The translations under genes were made by a program, and so were the position numbers. The notes beneath the pieces are model-generated. The model made no database searches. It saw nothing but the letters and a program-made list of their open reading frames with translations, and had not been told where the DNA came from. Below, in pieces: positions 57,018 to 64,000 of a DNA stretch of 64,000 nucleotides. Origin of the DNA: a virus; the IMG/VR virus record IMGVR_UViG_3300010160_000045, positions 3,816 to 67,815 of that record. The stretch is one strand, 5' to 3'. How positions within the stretch are numbered: position 1 is the stretch's first letter; the number at the start of each line of letters is the position of its first letter.

Positions 57018-57622
57018 TACTGACATTGGAAACATTGTACAATGGAGTAGGATTCATCAAGGAAATAGAAAACCTTGATGAAATCCTTAACTCCGAGCCA
57101 AAGAAAGAATGGCTGAAAACACACGAACAAATAAGCAAGTACAAGTATTTGCCAGTACAAAAGGTTGAATTTCTTCTGCATAGATTGTTTAAAGGAGTTC
57201 ACTTTGAAATAAGGCACTTAATTAAAGACAACGATTGTTCTGTTTCTGTAAGAGTTCACTATGAGGATAGAGAAGGTAAGTTGATGTTCCAAGATGGAAT
57301 AGCATCTTGTCAGATAAACAAACTACAACCAGCGGAAATGGCATTACCAAAAGCTAAGTCAATAGCTATTATAAATGCTGCAAGGTCAATGGGTAGAATA
57401 TTTGGCAGAGATTTAAACAGAAGCGATGAATCGTTATCTATTGTGACAACTCCGATAAGTGATGAGTCTATATTTGAGAAGCACACATTGGGACTACTGC
57501 AATGCGACACCCTGCTTGACATAAAAAACTACTTTGCTTTCAACAAGGTAGGACTAAGCAAGCAAGACGAAGAGAAGTTGAGGTCATTATGCACAAAAAG
57601 AACAATAGAAATCAATGGATAA
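57014..57622 (+). CDS. Rad52/Sak-like ssDNA annealing protein
   Basis: 'YLPVQKVEFLL..LF', 'FQDGIA', 'AKS.AI.NAA..MGRIFGRDLNR', upstream of an exonuclease. Confidence 0.65.
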   Translation: MILTLETLYNGVGFIKEIENLDEILNSEPKKEWLKTHEQISKYKYLPVQKVEFLLHRLFKGVHFEIRHLIKDNDCSVSVRVHYEDREGKLMFQDGIASCQINKLQPAEMALPKAKSIAIINAARSMGRIFGRDLNRSDESLSIVTTPISDESIFEKHTLGLLQCDTLLDIKNYFAFNKVGLSKQDEEKLRSLCTKRTIEING

Positions 57623-58358
57623 CGCAGAAGAAAGAGTTGGCTGCTTTTCAGCAAGCAACATATCCCGACTATTGGCAGGTGGCGGTGGTGCTACAAGAAA
57701 GAGTTACATCCTTGAGGTAGCAACCGAGGTTGTCATAGGCAAGAGACCTCAACTTGACACCGCAGCAATGAAGCACGGCATAGCCAACCAAATGAATGCG
57801 TATGAGTTTGTTCTTAAACCTCTCTACAAGGGAGTGCAATGGGTAGACACCTATATTCCCATCAACAAGAATTGTGGTTCAAGTCCAGACTGCGTGTGGT
57901 TAGGAAACTATCCTATAGACATCAAGTGTCCATTTGAGATTGACACCTACCTTGAGCAAATTGAGAAGGTAAAGCCAAGTTACTTTACCCAAATACAAAT
58001 GCAAATCCTTTCAGTAAAGGGAGAGGAGGGCGCACTATGTACATACCTAACAAAGAAGGAGGAATGGGGAAGCGACACTTGGTCAGAGTATCCCTTACCA
58101 TTGGAGGACAGGTTCAGAGTAGAGCCTATCAAGAAGGATGAGGAAACTTGCGATAGGATTCTATTGGCGGTAGAGAAGGCAGCACCCGAAAGAGATTTGT
58201 ATATTGAACTACTTAACAATGCTACTATGATGGATGAGATTGAGTACTTTTACCATCAGATGAAGCACAACAAGTGCAGAGATATAAAGTCTTGCTCAAA
58301 CCTTGAGAAGGCAAACATCATCAGAGTGAACGATAGATTTTATTACAAAGTAAACTAA
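57615..58358 (+). CDS. YqaJ/lambda-exonuclease-like recombination nuclease
   Basis: 'RVGCFSAS', 'AMKHG', 'GSSPD', 'DIKCP', 'YFTQIQMQ'. Confidence 0.8.
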   Translation: MDNAEERVGCFSASNISRLLAGGGGATRKSYILEVATEVVIGKRPQLDTAAMKHGIANQMNAYEFVLKPLYKGVQWVDTYIPINKNCGSSPDCVWLGNYPIDIKCPFEIDTYLEQIEKVKPSYFTQIQMQILSVKGEEGALCTYLTKKEEWGSDTWSEYPLPLEDRFRVEPIKKDEETCDRILLAVEKAAPERDLYIELLNNATMMDEIEYFYHQMKHNKCRDIKSCSNLEKANIIRVNDRFYYKVN

Positions 58359-58362
58359 CATA

Positions 58363-58433
58363 GACCCCACCCAACAAATAGCTACAATGCGCTACATCTG
58401 CGACACGTTAGCATCATTGGGTTGGGGTTTTTT
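58363..58433 (+). terminator. Terminator-like hairpin upstream of the recombinase
   Basis: accccacccaa...ttgggttggggt followed by a T run. Confidence 0.55.
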
Positions 58434-58447
58434 AAAACTAACTAACA

Positions 58448-59167
58448 ATGAAAAAAGCTAAATTATACGCCCGTGTGTCAACAGACAAGCAAGAAAGCAG
58501 CGTTGACCAACAAATAAAAGAACTGCAAGACTTCTGGGCAAGGTTAAATCTTGATGGCTATGAAGTAGAATATCTTATTGATGAAAATGTTTCGGGAGGA
58601 ACTGAGTTATTTGATAGACCACAAGGCTCAAAATTAAAGGACTTAGAAGCCGATAGCATCGTTATTGCATATAAGAAGGAGCGTTTGTTCCGCAATACAA
58701 TAAACGCACTACAAATCGTTTATAAATGGCTTGACGATGGGGTAACTGTTTACTTTATTGAAAATGGATTAGAGCCTCTAAATTTAAGCAATCCAAACTC
58801 AAAGTTTATATTTACAATACTTTGTGCTAAAGATGAACTTGAAAAGGACACAATCGCTTTAAGGACTAAACTTAATATGAAGTTCCGCAAAGAAAATGGG
58901 CGGACATACTCAGCAGAAGTGTTCGGATATGACAACGTAGGTGAGAGGGGAAGCAATGGAAAGATTATTGATGGTAGGTTAGTCGCCAACGAAGACGAGC
59001 AGCAGGTAATAAAACAAATTTTAGAATGGCACAATATTAACATATCCCTTAATGGTATTGCAAGGAATCTAAACGAAAGGAATACTCCCAGCAAGAAGGG
59101 TAAGAAGTGGTCAGCAAAGACCGTAAGGGATACCATCAAGAACACTATCAATTTAGAGAGAGTATAA
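58448..59167 (+). CDS. Serine recombinase (resolvase-family catalytic domain plus a short recombinase domain)
   Basis: 'LYARVSTDKQ', 'DENVSGG...RP', 'ERLFRN', 'FGYD...IARNLNERNTPSKKGKKWS'. Confidence 0.9.
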   Translation: MKKAKLYARVSTDKQESSVDQQIKELQDFWARLNLDGYEVEYLIDENVSGGTELFDRPQGSKLKDLEADSIVIAYKKERLFRNTINALQIVYKWLDDGVTVYFIENGLEPLNLSNPNSKFIFTILCAKDELEKDTIALRTKLNMKFRKENGRTYSAEVFGYDNVGERGSNGKIIDGRLVANEDEQQVIKQILEWHNINISLNGIARNLNERNTPSKKGKKWSAKTVRDTIKNTINLERV

Positions 59168-59250
59168 ATAAAAAAGATATTGTTGATAATTACATTATTA
59201 TTATATTAATTTGCATAACTAATTTAAACACTATAAAAACAAAAAAAACA

Positions 59251-59616
59251 ATGACAATATTTGAATTTACACTATACACTTTAATGCTTAGTTATAATCC
59301 TTGTGATGTATTTAAACATTTTAATGTAACTGAAATGCACGGTCTTAATTTAGCTGATTGTGAAAAGTACAATAACACTAATGAAGATGCTTATATAGCA
59401 GGTTTGTCTAATGTATCTCCTATTGATGGTAAACCATTTGTGTTTATAAACTTAAGTAGGTGTACTGATGATATAGCAACAACTGGACTAACATTTCATG
59501 AAATGATGCACCTATCTCTTGATTTACATAATAATGATTTATCTAAAGAAGAGGAAATAATTACATGGGCAGAGCTTGAATCTTATAAAGTACTTAAACT
59601 AATTAAAAAACAATAA
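59251..59616 (+). CDS. Small zincin-like (HExxH) protein
   Basis: 'TFHEMMH...EEEII.WAE'. The likely start is ATG 59251. Confidence 0.6.
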   Translation: MTIFEFTLYTLMLSYNPCDVFKHFNVTEMHGLNLADCEKYNNTNEDAYIAGLSNVSPIDGKPFVFINLSRCTDDIATTGLTFHEMMHLSLDLHNNDLSKEEEIITWAELESYKVLKLIKKQ

Positions 59617-59620
59617 CACT

Positions 59621-59812
59621 ATGAAAACAAAAGCATCATTAATCCTTTGGGCAGTTGCAGCCTTATTTATGTCCTTTTGGGCTGTATCATTTGCAATGAC
59701 TGGTGTCAATTTCGGTAATTCCGAATTTATTACCTTTACACTTTCGTTTTGCGCATCACTTGTTAGTGCGGTATGTGGAGCAGGTTTTATGCAGCAATGG
59801 ATGAAAAGATGA
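59621..59812 (+). CDS. Small membrane protein with two transmembrane segments
   Basis: Two hydrophobic segments. Confidence 0.6.
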   Translation: MKTKASLILWAVAALFMSFWAVSFAMTGVNFGNSEFITFTLSFCASLVSAVCGAGFMQQWMKR

Positions 59813-60225
59813 GGTTACTTTGGAATCCAACCAACTTAACCTGCGAGTTTATAGTTCCTAACATTGATAAGTCCGATGGGGTGCAAAAAGTCATAGGCTT
59901 CTCAAGAGGTTGGCATCATTGGAATAGCATTAGGTTAGGTATTCGCAAAGAAAATGACTATTGCGTGTTGTACTTTTATGCTTACATCAAAGGTGAGCGC
60001 ACTATTCAACGGATAGGGAGGTATGAAATCGGTGACCTTGTCAAGTGTGAATTAAATTGGGGCAGTTATATTGAATGCAAAGCTAACGATGGTTACGCTT
60101 TTAGAGTTGCACCAAGACACTCTTTGCCTATTGGCTATCAGTTATATTCTTACGCTGAAAAAGATGGTGTAGAGGGTGTGAAAATAGATATTGATATTGA
60201 GATAAATAATTTAGAAATAATATGA
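59809..60225 (+). CDS. Hypothetical protein
   Basis: 'GFSRGWHHWNSIRLG'. ATGA-coupled start at 59809. Confidence 0.6.
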   Translation: MRLLWNPTNLTCEFIVPNIDKSDGVQKVIGFSRGWHHWNSIRLGIRKENDYCVLYFYAYIKGERTIQRIGRYEIGDLVKCELNWGSYIECKANDGYAFRVAPRHSLPIGYQLYSYAEKDGVEGVKIDIDIEINNLEII

Positions 60226-60488
60226 AAGAAGTAAAATGGTGGAAATTATTAATTGTATTTTTTTCCGCAATAGTTTTAGAAGCAAATAGTATTGCAGGCT
60301 TTAGATTTTTAATGGATAAGCACTGGATGGGTATGGTTATGATGGCAGCAATTAATCCCTTTTTATGCTTGCCGATGAACCATTACACTATTGAAGTTAA
60401 GACATTCAAAGGAAGGTCAATTATTGCTTTAGCATTTAGTACAGGATTTGTAGTAGGAATATTAACAATAAGACCTTTTTTTATATGA
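60222..60488 (+). CDS. Membrane protein with three transmembrane segments
   Basis: Hydrophobic, 88 aa. Confidence 0.6.
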   Translation: MKEVKWWKLLIVFFSAIVLEANSIAGFRFLMDKHWMGMVMMAAINPFLCLPMNHYTIEVKTFKGRSIIALAFSTGFVVGILTIRPFFI

Positions 60489-60688
60489 AACAAACAGCAG
60501 TTGAATGGTTAGTTGAGCAACTTGCTCCATCTGTATCTTTACAACAAAAGTACATTGATGAATTACTTGAACAAGCCAAAGCAATGGAAAAAGAGCAGTT
60601 AATAGATGCTTTTGATGAAGGAAATCCAAATGGGTTTATCATTAAAGATGGTGAACAATACTACAACGAAACATTTAAACAAGATTAA
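60485..60688 (+). CDS. Hypothetical protein (MKQTAVEWL...EQAKAMEKEQ type)
   Basis: Paralogous to the N-terminus of 61134..62072. Confidence 0.7.
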   Translation: MKQTAVEWLVEQLAPSVSLQQKYIDELLEQAKAMEKEQLIDAFDEGNPNGFIIKDGEQYYNETFKQD

Positions 60689-60914
60689 TATGAAAAAAGA
60701 AACACTCGAAGAAAGAGCAGCTAGATATGATAATATAAAATTGCCAATACCTTATGGTTATGTTGGTGCGGCAAATGATTTTATTAATGGTGCTAAATGG
60801 CAACAAGAACAAATACTACAATTTCTTTATTCAGAAATAACTGAACGTAGACCTTACTCATCATCTAAAATGTGTGAAGAAGTAATTAAATTTATTGAAC
60901 AATTTAAAAAATAA
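60689..60914 (+). CDS. Hypothetical protein ('ETLEE.A...FINGAKWQQE' type)
   Basis: Likely start MKKETLEE within track ORF 60606..60914. The start coordinate is approximate. Confidence 0.55.
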
Positions 60915-60918
60915 TAAT

Positions 60919-61137
60919 ATGACACCAAAAGAAAAATCAGAAGAATTAGTATTAAAATTTTTAAGAATAGAAAATAATACTCCAGAATGGTTTAATACGC
61001 ATATTGCCAAACAATGTGCATTAATTGCAGTTCAAGAAATAATTAACGCAAATCCGCATAGCAATCCATTAACAACTGAAGTTTATTCAACTATGTTATT
61101 TTGGCAAGAAGTTAAAACCGAAATAAACAAACTATGA
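60919..61137 (+). CDS. Hypothetical protein ('MTPKEK..EL...AKQCALIAV.EI' type)
   Basis: Likely start MTPKEK within track ORF 60895..61137. Confidence 0.65.
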   Translation: MTPKEKSEELVLKFLRIENNTPEWFNTHIAKQCALIAVQEIINANPHSNPLTTEVYSTMLFWQEVKTEINKL

Positions 61138-62072
61138 AACAATTAACAGCAGTTGAATATTTGATTAGTGAATTGATGAAATCAAAACATTATCAGCAAA
61201 TGATTAACGAAGTACATCAAAATAGTACAGTAGCAATAGATGTTATTGAACAAGCCAAAGCAATGGAAAAGGAGCAGATGGATAAAGCATTTGATAGTGG
61301 TAGAAATGAGGAAATAAATAAAGGAAGTAAAATATGTTATAAAGTATATGGACTTTATGTTGATGGGCAAGAATTAATTAGGTATATTGGATTTACTAAA
61401 AACAAAATACAAACAAGGCTTAATGAACATACTTCTGAAAGCAAATACTTAAAAACAAAAAAAGATAGATGGATTCAAAAGTATTTAAGAAATGAAAAGC
61501 AAATATGTGCAATAGAACTGGATTCTACATTTGATTTTGAAGAAGTAAAGAAAAAAGAAATTAATTTAATTGCTATGTATAAATCTTGCGGTGCTAATTT
61601 AATGAATGGCACTAATGGAGGTGATGGCTCTATTAATTTTAGACATACGGAAGAAAACAAAATAACTAATGGAATTAGAAAATCAAAAAAGGTTTATTGT
61701 TTTGATTTTAAAACAAAAGAATTAATTGCAGAGTATCCTTCAATAACAAAAATGATAAAAGAATTAAAATTAAGCAAAACATTGGTGGCAAAAGTTTTAA
61801 ATGGTTCAAGTAATTTCCATAAAGATTTTACTTTTTCAAAAGATGGCATTTGCCCTACTCCTTTTACTCCAAAGCATACTGCTTGGAACAAAGGAATATC
61901 AACAAAAGGAACTCAAAGATTTAGATTTACTGAAACTAAATTAGAAAAAGATGGAGAAATTCTTACATTTGAATCTGTAAGTGATGCTTCAAAATTTTTA
62001 GGGAAAAATCATACTTTTGTGATTAAAAAAAGAAAATTAAATCAACCAATAAACGGATATAAAATAATATGA
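61134..62072 (+). CDS. GIY-YIG homing endonuclease fused to a phage small-protein domain
   Basis: 'KVYGL...IRYIGFT...RLNEH', 'E.NLIA.YK..GANL.N.T.GGDG', and NUMOD-like 'KVYCFD...IAEYPSI' and 'FESVSDASKFLG'. Confidence 0.85.
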   Translation: MKQLTAVEYLISELMKSKHYQQMINEVHQNSTVAIDVIEQAKAMEKEQMDKAFDSGRNEEINKGSKICYKVYGLYVDGQELIRYIGFTKNKIQTRLNEHTSESKYLKTKKDRWIQKYLRNEKQICAIELDSTFDFEEVKKKEINLIAMYKSCGANLMNGTNGGDGSINFRHTEENKITNGIRKSKKVYCFDFKTKELIAEYPSITKMIKELKLSKTLVAKVLNGSSNFHKDFTFSKDGICPTPFTPKHTAWNKGISTKGTQRFRFTETKLEKDGEILTFESVSDASKFLGKNHTFVIKKRKLNQPINGYKII

Positions 62073-62500
62073 AATCAGCAATAATAACCCGAATACCACA
62101 AGACAAACAAACGCTGGGCAAGTGGATTAGTTACGAAAATGGCAATGTAATATTTGCTTGTGACACTATCGAACTACCTTATAAGAACAATGCGCCTCAA
62201 ATCAGTTGCATACCAAAGGGTGTTTATGATGTTGTATATCGTGAATCAAAGAAGTACCCAAGACACTACCACATTTTAGATGTCCCAAATCGTGACTTTA
62301 TTTTAGTGCATCAGGCGAACTTTGTAGGCAGTCCTAACCCAAAGACACGCAAACCAGATTTGCTTGGCTGTATTGGTGTAGGAAATGGCTATGGTGACAT
62401 CAATGGAGATGGGATAGTTGAACTGCTAAGGTCAACACCGACATTAAAACGATTGCTGGAGGTTATGGGCAAAGAATCTTTTACACTTACCATAATATGA
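62069..62500 (+). CDS. DUF5675-family putative endolysin
   Basis: 'TLG...CDTIELPYKNN....SCIPKGVY...VPNRDFILVHQAN...GCIGVG', upstream of holin- and spanin-like genes. Confidence 0.75.
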   Translation: MKSAIITRIPQDKQTLGKWISYENGNVIFACDTIELPYKNNAPQISCIPKGVYDVVYRESKKYPRHYHILDVPNRDFILVHQANFVGSPNPKTRKPDLLGCIGVGNGYGDINGDGIVELLRSTPTLKRLLEVMGKESFTLTII

Positions 62501-62682
62501 CACGAAACACACGCTACACGAATGGCAAGGAGGTAATTACTTTCAGCAAGATTGATTTTATAGTTATCGGAGGTCGCAAGATTGACCATGTTTATTTTAG
62601 AAGAAAGGACAAACACGATTTGATAATGCCTTTGGTCGAATGGAATTTAAAAGGTAAATTTGAGTGGGAAATAATTAATTAA
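62497..62682 (+). CDS. Hypothetical protein
   Basis: 61 aa, ATGA-coupled. Confidence 0.55.
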   Translation: MTRNTRYTNGKEVITFSKIDFIVIGGRKIDHVYFRRKDKHDLIMPLVEWNLKGKFEWEIIN

Positions 62683-63000
62683 CGTTCCGATTATTTGCGT
62701 TCGGTGGGGCGTTACACCGCCAAAGATTGTTTAACAAACTAAAGTTCAAAATATGCACACAGATTCAAAAAATCATGAAACCCCCACTGACGCAAATAAT
62801 GTGTTAGTGGCTGGCATTTGTCGGCACTTTAAACATCAAGTTGCGGAGAGGGAATTTTATGTGAACCAAAAAAAGCCATATAGCGGAACAAGAATTATAT
62901 GTTTAAAATGCGGTAAAAACAAGTTTATAAAAGATGCTGAGTATGGTGTCTATGCTTGCCGCTAACTACCTTATATGCGCTACATTTACACGCTTATACA
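62680..63000 (+). mobile_element. Single integron-like cassette with a long attC-like site
   Basis: TAAC 62680, stem 62690-62709/62782-62800, GTTA 62803. Cassette ends gttagtggctggcat and atgcttgccgctaac are inverted repeats. The terminal site matches 45381-45416. Confidence 0.6.
62753..62965 (+). CDS. Small Zn-finger-like cassette protein
   Basis: C-x-H...CxxC. The N-terminus 'ETPTDANNVLVAG' is encoded by the hairpin arm. Confidence 0.6.
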   Translation: MHTDSKNHETPTDANNVLVAGICRHFKHQVAEREFYVNQKKPYSGTRIICLKCGKNKFIKDAEYGVYACR

Positions 63001-63015
63001 ACAACACAAACAAAT

Positions 63016-63270
63016 ATGAAACTAAAACAAAAATACCACGCACCCGACAACCGCCAGTTAAAGAAGATTGCAGATTACTTAATCTACGTTTTGCTGCCAT
63101 TCATTCAAACCAGTTTAGCACTCGCAGAAAGTCAAGGATTAATCACTCTAAAGCAAGCGTTTTGGGGCGGATTGGCAGCTACATTTTTACTGATTAATAC
63201 TAAATTCTTAACTAAATTCACAACCGAAACACCTACTGCCAATGCGGTTATTGATGGTGATGGGTGCTAA
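63016..63270 (+). CDS. Putative holin
   Basis: Basic N-terminus and two transmembrane segments. The likely start is ATG 63016. Confidence 0.55.
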   Translation: MKLKQKYHAPDNRQLKKIADYLIYVLLPFIQTSLALAESQGLITLKQAFWGGLAATFLLINTKFLTKFTTETPTANAVIDGDGC

Positions 63271-63280
63271 AAATAACAAT

Positions 63281-63874
63281 ATGAACATAAAAACAACCGC
63301 AATAGGAATAGCAATAATTATAACTTTGCTCCTCGTTAAATTCTGCAATAAACCTCAACCTTTGCCACATAACATTGACTATAAGGAGCAATTAGAAATG
63401 GCTGTCAAACAACACGGACACGAAGCCTCAATATTGATGAATGAACTCACCGAAATCAATAAGAAGTTAGCAGAAGCCAATAACAAGTATAATGCCTCTA
63501 ATAGCTATGCAAATAAGTTAGCGGCATCTAACATTGAATTGATTAAGAAACTGCGCCAAAACGCACCAAAAGATTGCCAACCATACATTGATTCAGTTGA
63601 TGTTTACCATATTGAAATCGAAACGGCAAAGGATAGTGTTTATGCCGATTTATTAAGTGCGAAAATGTTATCGGATTCCGCATCAGTTACTAAAGATTCA
63701 GTTATTATTGATTTGAACTTGCAGGTTGTAGGATTAAAAGCATTGCACGTTATGGATAAAGCGGATTTGAAACAAGCACAAAAAGAAGCGAAAAAGCAGA
63801 AACGAGGTAAGGTAGCCGCCTATGTTATCGGTGGCGCATTATTTGTTTGGTGGGCAGTTGTTGGATTGAAATAA
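63281..63874 (+). CDS. Putative spanin-like protein
   Basis: N-terminal transmembrane segment, long coiled coil and C-terminal hydrophobic segment, within the lysis module. Confidence 0.55.
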   Translation: MNIKTTAIGIAIIITLLLVKFCNKPQPLPHNIDYKEQLEMAVKQHGHEASILMNELTEINKKLAEANNKYNASNSYANKLAASNIELIKKLRQNAPKDCQPYIDSVDVYHIEIETAKDSVYADLLSAKMLSDSASVTKDSVIIDLNLQVVGLKALHVMDKADLKQAQKEAKKQKRGKVAAYVIGGALFVWWAVVGLK

Positions 63875-63879
63875 ATTAT

Positions 63880-63986
63880 TACATTTGCAAAGTTGTGTAG
63901 GAGCAACGATAAGAAATTTTAACAAAAGCCTTGACTGGTGCGACCTCCTACTCGCATTGGTTGAGGTTTTTTAATTTAAAAGAAAT
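63880..63986 (+). ncRNA. Promoter plus candidate kissing-loop leader/attenuator
   Basis: TACATTTG at 63880-63887; gttg-tGTAGGAG-caac; long stem 63924-63943/63952-63971 with loop cCTCCTAC; ATG at 63987. Confidence 0.55.
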
Positions 63987-64000
63987 ATGAATGTAGTATC

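Noticed and set aside
58363-58433. Possible tRNA or attP remnant before the recombinase
   Set aside because: No cloverleaf or T-loop (TTCGA) signature. It reads as a terminator-type hairpin.
1-64000. Stop-codon reassignment as seen in some crAss-like phages
   Set aside because: Genes are full length and tightly packed under the standard code, and both TAG and TGA serve as normal stops.

Overview
This AT-rich 64 kb window reads as most of a tailed phage genome. The host is probably a Bacteroidota bacterium: promoters match TAnnTTTG, translation starts are A-rich without Shine-Dalgarno sequences, and there is a DUF5675-type lysin. There are two divergent arms. The minus arm (37.9 kb to 1) carries a phosphoesterase, a NinG-like gene, terminase, portal, scaffold, major capsid, tail ring and stabilisation proteins, then putative ejected proteins including 1671-aa and 2878-aa polyvalent proteins with a ferritin gene between them. 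This order resembles crAss-like podoviruses. The plus arm (38.1 to 64 kb) carries a replication initiator, primase-helicase, HNH and GIY-YIG endonucleases, two DNA methyltransferases, KilA-N, a block of small early genes, SSB, recombination genes, a serine recombinase and a lysis module. The most notable signals are: (1) integron attC-like gene cassettes with end-to-end inverted repeats at two loci that end in a shared terminal site, with no integron integrase visible; (2) conserved bracket motifs around variable domains, and overprinted small ORFs, in the giant proteins; (3) single terminal cysteines on consecutive giant proteins; (4) recurrent kissing-loop 5' leaders; (5) a late-promoter motif and a 23-bp palindromic box. 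All product calls come from motif recognition by eye, with no database searches. No tRNA, rRNA or CRISPR array was seen.
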